Shown here: piece after piece, positions 43,235 through 52,986 of the stretch
Layout of the letters: every line of letters starts with the position of its first letter
How positions within the stretch are numbered: the first letter of the stretch is position 1
Assembly (NCBI GenBank): GCA_963826865.1
Contig: CAWGYQ010000007.1
Span: 103,725-167,724, forward strand
DNA from: an uncultured Acidobacteriota bacterium
GTDB lineage: Bacteria; Acidobacteriota; Vicinamibacteria; Vicinamibacterales; CAVPJW01
Length of the DNA: 64,000 nt
Direction of reading: 5' to 3'
Made by a program: the position numbers and the translations under genes
Notes under the pieces: model-generated
Databases searched by the model: none
What the model was told of the DNA's origin: nothing
Seen by the model: only the letters and a program-made list of their open reading frames with translations

Positions 43235-44889
43235 GGAAGAGACGGAGACCCGCGCGCACGTCTCCTTCGAAACGAGTCCCGAGCAGTACCGCCACTGGAA
43301 GATGCAAGTCGATGGCGCCGTCGCGACGCTCGCGATGGACGTGCGCGAGGACGCCGGCCTCTCATCCTCGTATCGGTTGAAGCTCAATTCCTACGACTTG
43401 AGCGTCGACATCGAGCTGGCCGATGCGATTGCGCGTATTCGCTTCGAGCATCCCCAGGTCCGTTCGGTGGTCGTGACCAGTCTGAAGGAGCGAATCTTCT
43501 GTGCCGGGGCGAACATTTTCATGCTCGCCAGCGCTTCGCACGCCTTCAAGGTGAATTTCTGCAAGTTCACGAACGAGACCCGGCTGGCGATCGAAGATGC
43601 CAGCGCGGCGTCCGGCGTCACGTTCATCGCCGCGCTCAACGGCATTTGTGCCGGCGGCGGCTACGAACTGGCCCTGGCCTGTGACGAGATCGTGCTCGTG
43701 GACGACGGGAATTCTGCGGTGAGCCTGCCAGAAGCCCCGCTGCTGGGCGTGCTGCCTGGCACGGGTGGTTTGACCCGACTCGTCGACAAGCGGGGGGTCC
43801 GGAGAGATCTGGCCGATTACTTCAGCACCCTGGTCGAGGGTGTGCGCGGCAAGCGAGCCGTCGACTGGCGGCTGGTTGACCGAATCGCGGCACCGAGTCA
43901 GTTCAAGGCTGCGGTCGCACGCCGCGCAGCGGAACTGGCGGCCGCCTCGGGTCCCGACGTCAGCGCAGAAGGCGTTCGGCTGGAGGAGCTCTCTCCCCTG
44001 GTACACGACGATCACTGGTCGTACCGGTTCGTCACCGTCGCACTGGACAGGCGTCGCCGGGTGGCAGAGCTCACCATCAAGACACCTGGTTCCGCGCCGC
44101 CGGAAACACTAGAAGCCATCACAGCCGCGGGCAGCGACTTCTGGCCACTCCGGACATTTCGTGAGCTGGACGATGCGTTGCTGCGCCTTCGGTTCAACGA
44201 ACCGGAGATCGGCACGCTGGTCGTTCGAACGGTGGGCGATCCGGCCGAGGCGCTCGCCGTCGATCGGGCTCTCGACGCCCATGGCAGTCATTGGTTCGTG
44301 CGCGAAGTACGCCTTCTGATCAAACGAACATTGAAGCGGCTCGATCTCACCTCGCGCACCGTCTTTGCGCTCATCGAGCCGGGTTCGGCGTTTGCCGGGA
44401 CGCTGTTCGAGCTGGCGCTCGCCGCGGATCGGGCCTACATGCTCGACGATCCCGACCGGCCAGCCAGCGTGGCGCTGTCGGCCGCAAACGCCGGGTGGTA
44501 TCCCATGAGCAACGGGCTGTCTCGCCTCGAGACGCGGTTTCTGGGCGAGCCGCCTCGCGTGGCCGAACTGCTCGCCCGGTCGGGGGCCTATGACGCGCGG
44601 GACGCCCACGACGCCGGCCTCGTGACCTTTGCCCCGGATGAGCTCGATTGGGAGGGCGAGGTGCGGCTGGCGATCGAGGGCCGTGCCGCGCTGTCCCCGG
44701 ACGCCCTGACCGGCCTCGAAGCCAACTTGCGCTTCGCCGGGCCGGAGACGATGGAGACGAAGATTTTCGGCCGACTGAGCGCCTGGCAGAACTGGATCTT
44801 CCAGCGGCCCAACGCCGTGGGCGAGCACGGCGCGCTGAAGTCTGTACGGCACGAAGGGACGGCCGACGTTCGACTGGAGAAGAACGTAG
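43233..44889 (+). CDS. boxC: benzoyl-CoA-dihydrodiol lyase (BoxC), frame disturbed about 50 nt before its end
   Basis: N-terminal half of ORF 43131..46307. PEQYRHWKMQVDG, YRLKLNSYDLSVDIEL, KVNFCKFTNETR, GGGYELALACDEIVLVDD, PGTGGLTRL. Skipping one base near 44841 gives ...GALKLYGTKGRPTFDWRRT with a TAG at 44887-44889 overlapping the boxB GTG. Confidence 0.8.
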
Positions 44890-46307
44890 TGATCTTGGAA
44901 GAACGCATTCCGAACAACGTCGGTCTGGCCAGCAACCGCCGGCTGCTGCGTGCGCTCGAAGAATGGCAGCCGCGCTACCTCGACTGGTGGCGTGACATGG
45001 GCCCGCAGGGTTTTCAGGATCATCATCACGTCTATCTCCGCACGGCGATCAGCGTCGATCCGGACGGCTGGGCCCACTTCGAGTACGTCAAGTTGCCCGA
45101 TTACCGCTGGGGAATCTTTCTCGCCGATCCCGTGGCGGACCGTCGAATCGGTTTCGGCGATTTCTACGGCCAGCCGGTGTGGCAGGAGGTCCCCGGGGAG
45201 TTCCGCAATCAGCTCCGTCGACTGATCGTCACCCAGGGTGACACCGAACCGGCCAGTGTGGAGCAGCAGCGGCAGCTCGGCACGCGATGTCCGAGCCTGT
45301 ACGACCTCCGGAATCTTTTCCAGGTGAACGTGGAAGAAGGCCGTCATCTGTGGGCGATGGTCTACCTGCTGCACTCCTACTTCGGCCGCGACGGCCGTGA
45401 CGAGGCCGAGGAGATGCTGGCGCGCCACAGCGGCAACGCCGACAAGCCGAGGATCCTGGAGGCGTTCAACGAGCCAATCGAGAACTGGCTCGATTTCTTC
45501 ATGTTCACGATGTTCACGGATCGCGACGGCAAGTCGCAGTTGATGTCCTTGTCCGAGAGCTCGCTCGATCCGTTGTCCCGGACGACACGCTTCATGCTGA
45601 CCGAAGAGGCCCACCACATGTTCGTCGGTGAGACGGGTGTGGCTCGAATCATCGAACGGACCTGTCAGCTCATGAAGGATGCGGGCTTCGCGGAAGATGT
45701 CCGCCCGCTCGGAGGCATCGATCTCCCGACGATTCAGAAGCACCTGAACTTCTGGTTCAGCCGCAGCCTCGATCTTCACGGCAGCGAGATCTCGAGCAAC
45801 GCCGCCTCGTATTTTGCGAACGGTCTCAAGGGCCGCGCCAAGGAAGAGACCTACGAGGACCATGTGCTGAGCGGCGCCGCCTACACGCTCGAAATGATGG
45901 ACAACGGCGAGGCGGTCAGCCGTGAAGTGCCGATGCGCAATGCGCTGAACGAGGTGCTGCGCGACTGGTATGTCGGCGATTGCGAGGCGGGTGTCGAGCG
46001 CTGGAACAAGATCTTCGAGCGTCACGGGATGGCGGACCGGCTGCGCATTCCCGACCGCAAGTTCAATCGCGCCATCGGCACCTTCGCCAATCATCAGTTC
46101 GATCCCGATGGACGACTCATCACGGCCGAGGAATGGGCGCGGCGGCGCGACGAGTGGCTGCCCACGCCGGCCGACAAGGCTTACCTTCTGAGCATCATGG
46201 CCGAGCCCGTGTTCGAGCCCGGTATCTTCGCCAACTACATCGCTCCTCCGATCCGCGGCATCAACCGTCAGCCGGTCAACTTCGCCTACGTGCGGACGGA
46301 AGACTAG
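44889..46307 (+). CDS. boxB: benzoyl-CoA oxygenase/epoxidase component B (diiron)
   Basis: GTG 44889 gives (M)ILEERIPNNVGLASNRRLLRALEEWQPRYLDWW. Diiron-type EEGRHLW and TEEAHHMF. About 472 aa. As sequenced it is in-frame with boxC. Confidence 0.85.
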   Translation: MILEERIPNNVGLASNRRLLRALEEWQPRYLDWWRDMGPQGFQDHHHVYLRTAISVDPDGWAHFEYVKLPDYRWGIFLADPVADRRIGFGDFYGQPVWQEVPGEFRNQLRRLIVTQGDTEPASVEQQRQLGTRCPSLYDLRNLFQVNVEEGRHLWAMVYLLHSYFGRDGRDEAEEMLARHSGNADKPRILEAFNEPIENWLDFFMFTMFTDRDGKSQLMSLSESSLDPLSRTTRFMLTEEAHHMFVGETGVARIIERTCQLMKDAGFAEDVRPLGGIDLPTIQKHLNFWFSRSLDLHGSEISSNAASYFANGLKGRAKEETYEDHVLSGAAYTLEMMDNGEAVSREVPMRNALNEVLRDWYVGDCEAGVERWNKIFERHGMADRLRIPDRKFNRAIGTFANHQFDPDGRLITAEEWARRRDEWLPTPADKAYLLSIMAEPVFEPGIFANYIAPPIRGINRQPVNFAYVRTED

Positions 46308-46320
46308 GGCCGCTCAGCGG

Positions 46321-47037
46321 GTGTCACCAGTCCCTTCGCGCACGCTCGCGATCACATGGCTGGGCCACGCCACGTTCCTCCTCGACTCTCCCGGCGGCCG
46401 TCGCATCGTCCTCGACCCCTGGCTCACCGACAATCCGGCGTGTCCCGACGGGCATCGGCGGATTGAGCGCGCCGATCTCGTGCTGATTACTCATGGCCAT
46501 CACGATCACATGGGCGACGCGTTGTCTGTAGCGCGGTCGACCGGGGCGACAGTGGTGGCCAATCCGGAAATCTGTCACTGGCTCGAGCAGAAGGGCCTCA
46601 GGAACCTGAGTCCGATGAACGTCGGAGGCAGTCTGGCGGTCGGCGCCATCGAGGTGGTGATGGTACCGGCCGTGCACAGCAGCTCAACCTTCAACGAAGG
46701 GGTCCCGGTCTATCTCGGGGAGGCTTGCGGATTCGTTCTGCGGTTCGAGAACAGGATCGTGCTCTACTGCGCAGGCGACACCGCGCTCTTCGGCGACATG
46801 CGACTCGTCGGCGAGATGTACCATCCGGACATCGCGATCCTTCCGATCGGCGGTCGCTTTACGATGGGGCCGGAGGCGGCGGCCCGAGCGTGCCAGTGGC
46901 TGGGCGTGCGGCAAGTCGTGCCGATGCACTACGGGACATCCCCGATGCTGACCGGCACGCCGGCGCGGCTCAAAGAGCTCGTGGCTCCGCTCGGGATCGA
47001 CGTGCTCGAGCTGGTGCCTGGTGAGACTGCGAAATGA
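46321..47037 (+). CDS. metallo-beta-lactamase-fold hydrolase (UPF0173-like)
   Basis: 238 aa. ITWLGHATFLL, LITHGHHDHMGDA, later PMHYGT. Confidence 0.75.
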   Translation: MSPVPSRTLAITWLGHATFLLDSPGGRRIVLDPWLTDNPACPDGHRRIERADLVLITHGHHDHMGDALSVARSTGATVVANPEICHWLEQKGLRNLSPMNVGGSLAVGAIEVVMVPAVHSSSTFNEGVPVYLGEACGFVLRFENRIVLYCAGDTALFGDMRLVGEMYHPDIAILPIGGRFTMGPEAAARACQWLGVRQVVPMHYGTSPMLTGTPARLKELVAPLGIDVLELVPGETAK

Positions 47038-47849
47038 GGCGCGTCATGCCCTATGAGAAGATCCGCTATCGTGTGACTGACGGTGTGGGCCTGATCACGC
47101 TCGACGATCCACCGGCGAACACCTACAGCTACGACATGATGCGCGAACTCGACGACGCGGTGCTCGATGCCAGGATGGACCGCGACGTCCACGTGCTGGT
47201 GCTGATCGGCGCGGGTGAAAAGTTCTTTTGCGCGGGCGCGAACATCGCCATGCTCACGGAAGCAGAGCCCGATTGGAAGTACTGGTTCTGCCTGCACGCC
47301 AACGAAACGTTGAATCGGCTCGAGCAGACGCCGAAGCTGGTCATTGCAGCCCTGAACGGTCACACCGTGGGCGGGGGACTCGAGGTGGCGCTGGCTGCAG
47401 ACCTCAGGATTGCCCGTCAGCACGCCGGCCGCATCGGCCTGCCCGAAGTCTCTCTGGGCGTGCTCCCTGGAACCGGCGGGACGCAGCGCCTCGCCCGTCT
47501 CCTGGGCAAGAGTCGGGCGATCGAGTTGATGATTACCGGGCGGCTGATGGACTTCGGTGAAGCCCGCACGATGGGACTCGTCAACGACGTGTGGGACGAA
47601 GCCTCGCTGAACGGCCGCGCGTTCCTGGATGCCGTGCTGGACTACGCCCGCGCGTTCGTGCCGCCCAATGGCGCGAGCCTCGCCGTGGGCCGCATCAAGC
47701 GCGCGGTCCAGTCGGGGCTCGAAGCGGGCTTCTCGGAAGCTCTTGCGCTCGAGCGGGAGCTCCAGCAGCAGCTCTTTGAAAGCGCCGATGCGCGCGAAGG
47801 GCTGCGGGCGAATCGAGAGAAGCGCAAACCGGTGTTCAGCGGGAAGTAG
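47034..47849 (+). CDS. enoyl-CoA hydratase/isomerase family protein
   Basis: 271 aa. Crotonase motifs FCAGANI, ALNGHTVGGGLEVALAADLRIA, LGVLPGTGGTQRL. ATGA overlap with the upstream gene. Confidence 0.88.
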   Translation: MRRVMPYEKIRYRVTDGVGLITLDDPPANTYSYDMMRELDDAVLDARMDRDVHVLVLIGAGEKFFCAGANIAMLTEAEPDWKYWFCLHANETLNRLEQTPKLVIAALNGHTVGGGLEVALAADLRIARQHAGRIGLPEVSLGVLPGTGGTQRLARLLGKSRAIELMITGRLMDFGEARTMGLVNDVWDEASLNGRAFLDAVLDYARAFVPPNGASLAVGRIKRAVQSGLEAGFSEALALERELQQQLFESADAREGLRANREKRKPVFSGK

Positions 47850-47864
47850 AAGATCAGAGGGGCC

Positions 47865-49325
47865 ATGTCGACCAGCGCAACCATCGCGGACCAGCTGTTC
47901 ATCAACAACGAGTGGCGGGCGGCGGCCTCCGGTGAGACGCTCGACGTCGTCAATCCAGCCACGGAAGAGATTGTCGCGAAGGTGCCTGCGGCCGGCGACG
48001 CGGATGTGGACGCGGCCGTGTCGGCCGCGCGCGCGGCGCTTCAGGGTCCCTGGGCGAAGCTCTCGGCCAGGGAGCGCGGACGATTGTTGTGGCGCCTGGG
48101 CGAGCGGCTCTTCGAGCGCGCCGACCATGTCGCGCGGCTCGAGACCCTGCACAACGGGAAGCCGATCTTCGAGTCGCGGCAGATTGAGATTCCGGCGTCG
48201 GCGGAGTGCTTCGAGTACTACGCGGGCTGGGCCGACAAGATTCAGGGCGAGACGATCCCTGTGAAGGGACACCATCTCACCTACACGTTGCGAGACCCGG
48301 TCGGCGTGGTCGCGGCCATCGTCCCCTGGAACTTCCCGCTTCTGCTGACGGCCTGGAAGGTCGCGCCCGCGCTGGCTTGCGGCAACACGGTGATCATCAA
48401 GCCCGCGAGCCAGACGCCGCTGACGGCGCTTGCGCTTGCCGAGATCGCCCTCGAAATCGGTCTTCCCCCGGGTGTGCTCAACGTGGTGACCGGGCCCGGC
48501 GCGCGCGTGGGACGGCGCCTGGTCGAGCATCCCGGCATCGACAAGATCGCGTTCACCGGGGACACGAAGACAGGCCGCGAGATCATGCGTGGCGCCTCCG
48601 AGACCCTCAAGCGCATCACGCTCGAGCTCGGCGGCAAGTCGCCCAACATCGTCTTTCCAGACGCGGACCTCGACGCGGCGGTACGCGGCGCGACGATCGG
48701 GATTTTCTACGGGAAAGGCGAAGTCTGCGCGGCGGGTTCACGCTTGCTCGTGCATCGCGCCATCAAAGAGGAGTTCCTGGCGAAGGTCGTGGCGCGCACG
48801 AAGAAGATGGTTCCCGGCGACCCGCTCGATCCCAAGACGCGCCTCGGCGCGATGGCCTCGAAGGCGCACTTCGAGCGCGTGCTCGGCTATATCGAGACCG
48901 GCAAGAAGGAAGGGGCGTGCCTCGTGGCTGGCGGCAGCCGTGCGGACATCGGGACAGGCAAAGGCTACTTCCTCCAACCAACGATCTTCGCTGACGTGAC
49001 ACCGACGATGACCATCGCGCGCGAAGAAATCTTCGGACCGGTGCTGGCGGTCGTCGATTTCGAGGAGGTTGACGAAGCGATCGAGCGCGCGAACGAGTCG
49101 AGCTACGGGCTGGCGGCCGGGGTCTGGACCAGAGACATCAAGAAGGCGCACGACGTCGCGCGGAGGCTGCAGGCGGGCACCGTCTGGATCAACACCTACA
49201 ACGTGTACGACGCGGCCGCGCCGTTCGGTGGCTACAAGCAGAGCGGATTCGGCCGAGAGCTCGGCGCGCACGCGCTGGAGCACTACACGCAGGTGAAGAC
49301 CGTCTGGGTGGACCTCAATCAGTAG
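47865..49325 (+). CDS. NAD-dependent aldehyde dehydrogenase (candidate BoxD-type role)
   Basis: 486 aa. VPWNFPLLL, FTGDTKTG, ELGGKSP, GEVCAAGSR (catalytic Cys), EEIFGPV. The BoxD role is inferred from context only. Confidence 0.88.
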   Translation: MSTSATIADQLFINNEWRAAASGETLDVVNPATEEIVAKVPAAGDADVDAAVSAARAALQGPWAKLSARERGRLLWRLGERLFERADHVARLETLHNGKPIFESRQIEIPASAECFEYYAGWADKIQGETIPVKGHHLTYTLRDPVGVVAAIVPWNFPLLLTAWKVAPALACGNTVIIKPASQTPLTALALAEIALEIGLPPGVLNVVTGPGARVGRRLVEHPGIDKIAFTGDTKTGREIMRGASETLKRITLELGGKSPNIVFPDADLDAAVRGATIGIFYGKGEVCAAGSRLLVHRAIKEEFLAKVVARTKKMVPGDPLDPKTRLGAMASKAHFERVLGYIETGKKEGACLVAGGSRADIGTGKGYFLQPTIFADVTPTMTIAREEIFGPVLAVVDFEEVDEAIERANESSYGLAAGVWTRDIKKAHDVARRLQAGTVWINTYNVYDAAAPFGGYKQSGFGRELGAHALEHYTQVKTVWVDLNQ

Positions 49326-49341
49326 GTGGTAGGCACGGATC

Positions 49342-50199
49342 ATGATCAACAGCATTGCCGTGCTCGGAGCCGGAACGATGGGGCACGGCATCGCGTATGC
49401 AGCGCTCGCCGGGGGCTTCGAGGCATCGCTGTACGATGTGTCGTCGGGGCCGCTGCAGTCCGCCCGCCAGCAGATCGAGAGGCTGGCGCGTCAAGCCGAG
49501 AAGCTCGGCAAGCTCGCAGGGAACGACGTTTCGTCGCTGCTCGACCGCCTCACGACCACGACCGACCTGGCGACCGCGGTCAGCGGAGCCGACTTCATCA
49601 TCGAGGCCGTGCCCGAACAGATGCCGCTCAAGCTCGCGACCCTCGCCGAGGTGGAACGGGTGGCCCGTCCGGAGGTCGTCGTCGCCTCGAATACGTCGTC
49701 GCTGAGCATCACCGAGATGGCGAGTGTGCTCGCGAACCCCGGCCGGGCCGCCGGGATGCACTTCTTCAATCCCGTTCACAAGATGAAGCTCGTCGAGATC
49801 GTGCGCGCGCTCGAGACGTCGGCCAATACTCTGGAGCAGGTCCAGGAAGTGGCCCGGAGGATGGGGAAGGAAACGGTGGTCATCAAGGAGTCGCCCGGCT
49901 TCGTCACGAGCCGCATCAACGCCATGATCGGCAACGAGGCGTTCTACATGCTGCAGGAGGGCATCGCCTCGGCGCGGGACATCGACAAGGCGCTCAAGCT
50001 GGGCCTGAACCACCCGATGGGGCCATTCGAGCTCGTCGACCTCGTGGGCCTCGACACGAGGCTGAGCGTGCTGGAATTCATGGAGCGGACGCTCGGCGAA
50101 AAGTATCGACCGTGTCCGCTGCTCGTGGAGTATGTGAAGGCCGGACGGCTGGGCCGCAAGACGGGCCGCGGCGTCTACGAATATCCGGCTGATTCCTGA
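49342..50199 (+). CDS. 3-hydroxyacyl-CoA dehydrogenase
   Basis: 285 aa. IAVLGAGTMGHGIA, HFFNPVHKMKLVEI, GRLGRKTGRGVYEY. Confidence 0.88.
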   Translation: MINSIAVLGAGTMGHGIAYAALAGGFEASLYDVSSGPLQSARQQIERLARQAEKLGKLAGNDVSSLLDRLTTTTDLATAVSGADFIIEAVPEQMPLKLATLAEVERVARPEVVVASNTSSLSITEMASVLANPGRAAGMHFFNPVHKMKLVEIVRALETSANTLEQVQEVARRMGKETVVIKESPGFVTSRINAMIGNEAFYMLQEGIASARDIDKALKLGLNHPMGPFELVDLVGLDTRLSVLEFMERTLGEKYRPCPLLVEYVKAGRLGRKTGRGVYEYPADS

Positions 50200-50233
50200 T
50201 CCGGCCGCCGCTCGCCTCAGGTCACCAGGGCGT

Positions 50234-51538
50234 TCAGTTGCCCGTCATCACGGCGGGTGACGGTCCCCGTTCCTTCTGCAGCCTCGCCGCGTCCCGCTCC
50301 GCCGCGCGCATCACGCGCAGCACATTCAAGCCGAGAATCTTCCGGATGTCCTCGTCGGTGTACCCGCGTCGCAGGAGCTCGGCGGTCAATGCCGGATAAG
50401 TCGAGACGTTCTCCAGGCCCTGCACCACGGCCGTGATGCCGTCGAAGTCACTGCCGAGACCCAGGTGGTCGATGCCGGCGACCTTGCGAATGTGGTCGAC
50501 GTGATCGGCGACCTGCGCGACGGTGGCCCGAGGGGCGGGATGCGCCTGACGCCATTGCGCCATGCCCGCCTTCTGAGAGGCCTCGTTCCCCGCGAACTGT
50601 TGCTCGAGCCGGGCTTGCTCGGCGTCTTCGAGCTTCGAGTGAGCCGCGACCTCGGCCGAGATGAAGTCGGGTACGAAGGTCACCATCACGAGACCGCCGT
50701 TCTTCGGCAGCAGTCGGAGGATGTTGTCGGGGACGTTGCGCGGGTGATCACAGATCGCTCGTGCCGAAGAGTGCGAGAAGATCACGGGCGCCGTCGAGAC
50801 ACGGATCGCGTCGTCCATCGTCTCGGGCGAGACGTGGCTGAGATCGACGAGCATGCCGAGCCAGTTCATCTCGCGCACGACCGTCTCGCCGAACGGGCTC
50901 AGTCCACCGAGCTTCGGCGTGTCGGTCGCCGAATCGGCCCAGGGAACGTTTCGGCCGTGCGTCAGCGTCATGTAGCGAGCGCCGAGCCGGTAGAACATGC
51001 GCAGCGCTCCCAGCGACGAATCGATGGAGTGTCCGCCCTCCATGCCCATCATCGAGCCGATACGGCCGGCCTTGAAGATCCGTTCCACATCGTCGGCGGT
51101 CGACGCCTGCTCGAAGACATCGGGGTAGCGGCGGAGCATCTGATGGACGATGTCGATCTGTTCGAGCGTGGCCGTCACCGCGCTCTGTCCGGCGAGCGTG
51201 GCCGGCACGTAGACCGACCAGAACTGGCCGCCGACGCCCCCCGCGCGCAGTCGCGCGATGTCGGTGTGGATCGAGGGCTGGGACTGCCGGATATCGAGCT
51301 TCGAGAGATCGCGCTCGCCCTCCTGCCGAACGGTCCACGGGTAGTCGTTGTGGCCGTCGATGAGCGGCACTTCACGTGCGAGCGCACGGGCCCGCTCGTC
51401 CGGCGTGTTCGACTGTCCCGATGCGGGAATCGTGCCCAGCGCAAGGAGCGCGCCGCAAAGCCCAGCGCAAGTCAGTCGAGCGGTCGTGGTCATCCCAATC
51501 CTCCGAGGCGCGGTGCGCACGCTCATCGATGCATTCAA
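50234..51538 (-). CDS. membrane dipeptidase (peptidase M19)
   Basis: 434 aa. Signal-like N-terminus, IDGHNDYPW, VDLSHVS, FSHSSARA, GLGSDFDG. Confidence 0.88.
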   Translation of the reverse strand: MNASMSVRTAPRRIGMTTTARLTCAGLCGALLALGTIPASGQSNTPDERARALAREVPLIDGHNDYPWTVRQEGERDLSKLDIRQSQPSIHTDIARLRAGGVGGQFWSVYVPATLAGQSAVTATLEQIDIVHQMLRRYPDVFEQASTADDVERIFKAGRIGSMMGMEGGHSIDSSLGALRMFYRLGARYMTLTHGRNVPWADSATDTPKLGGLSPFGETVVREMNWLGMLVDLSHVSPETMDDAIRVSTAPVIFSHSSARAICDHPRNVPDNILRLLPKNGGLVMVTFVPDFISAEVAAHSKLEDAEQARLEQQFAGNEASQKAGMAQWRQAHPAPRATVAQVADHVDHIRKVAGIDHLGLGSDFDGITAVVQGLENVSTYPALTAELLRRGYTDEDIRKILGLNVLRVMRAAERDAARLQKERGPSPAVMTGN

Positions 51539-51614
51539 TCACGACATGCGCAAACAGTCCACCGCGCCATGCGGCTCGCCGGCTGGTATGGTGCGACGGC
51601 ACGTACGAAGACGG

Positions 51615-52983
51615 CTACTGGTCGATTCGGTACTTCGCCAGGTAGTAGCTCAGCGCGCGCTGGCTGAGTCCCATCAGCTCGGCGGCGTCTTTCTTCACCC
51701 CGTTCGACGCGTCGAGAGCCCGGCGGATGGTCTCGCGCTCCACCCACTCGATGTTCTGATGCAGCTTCAACGACGGCAGGCTCGTCGAGGTGTGCGCGCT
51801 GGCGCCGAGTATGGAAATGGCCCGGAGCGTGACGACGGGGCCCGGCGAGAGCACGACCGCGCGCTCGATCGTGTTCTCGAGCTCACGCACGTTGCCGGGC
51901 CAGTCGGTACTGCTGAAGCGCGCTGAGCGCGCCGTCTTCGACCCGCTCGATCCGGCGCCCCGTCCGCTGCTCGTGCTTGCGGACGAAGTGCTCCACGAGG
52001 ATGGGGATGTCGTCCGGTCGCTCCCTGAGGGGCGGGATGTGAATGGGAATGACGTTGAGACGGTAGAACAGGTCCTCCTGAAAGCGCCCGTCACTGACCA
52101 GGAGTCGGAGGTCGCGATTGGTGGCCGCGATGACGCGCACGTCCACGCGCTCGCTGCGCTCGGAGCCGAGTGGCTCGAACTCCCGCTCCTGCAGGACTCT
52201 GAGCAGTTTCGCCTGGACGGTCGTGCTGAGCGTGCCAATCTCGTCGAGCAGAATCGTGCCGCCATCGGCCAGCGCGAAGCGCCCCTTCTTGCTCGTCGTG
52301 GCTCCCGTGAACGCGCCCCGAACATGGCCGAAGAGCTCGGATTCGAGCAAGGTGTCCGGGATGGCGGCGCAGTTCACCTTGATGAGCGGCATGTCGCGCT
52401 GCGCGCTGCGGCTGTGGATGGCGCGCGCCACCAGCTCTTTGCCCGTCCCGGTCTCGCCCGTGATGAGCACCGTGCTCTTCGTCTCGGCCACGAGCTCCGC
52501 GCGTCTGATGACTTCTTCCATGTTTCGGCTCCGGCCGACGATGCCGTAGTGGTTGAAGTCCTCTTCACGCTCGCTGAGAAGATAGGAGTGCTGGGTCCGC
52601 AGGCGCTGGTGGTCCATCGCCCGCCGCACGGCTACCAACAGTTCCTCGACCTCGAACGGCTTCTGCAGGTAATCGAACGCGCCGAGCTTCATGGCTTCGA
52701 TCGCGTTTTCGACCGTCGCATGTGCGGTCATCATCAATATCTGGGGGCGGTCATCGTCGGCGCCCGACCCAATCAGGCTTCGGATGAGATCGAGGCCCGT
52801 CAGCTCGGGCATGAGATTGTCGACCACGAGCACGTCGAACGGGCGGGAGGCGAGCAGCCGCTCGGCTTCGCGCGGGCTGGCCGTTTCGATGACATCATGC
52901 CCATCGCCGCGAAGGGCGCGTCCGAGCGTCTTGAGAATTTTTTCTTCATCGTCGACCAGAAGGATCGCGCCGCGAGTGGTCAT
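51615..52983 (-). pseudogene. sigma54-dependent response regulator (NtrC family), frame broken before the DNA-binding domain
   Basis: ORF 51883..52983 has the receiver (LLVDDE...[13 protein letters not shown]) and AAA+ domain ([14 protein letters not shown]). It stops at ...[14 protein letters not shown]. Skipping one base at about 51906 continues [17 protein letters not shown]... to the HTH (AAELMGLSQRALSYYLAKY) in the frame of ORF 51615..52325. Confidence 0.85.
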
Positions 52984-52986
52984 CGA

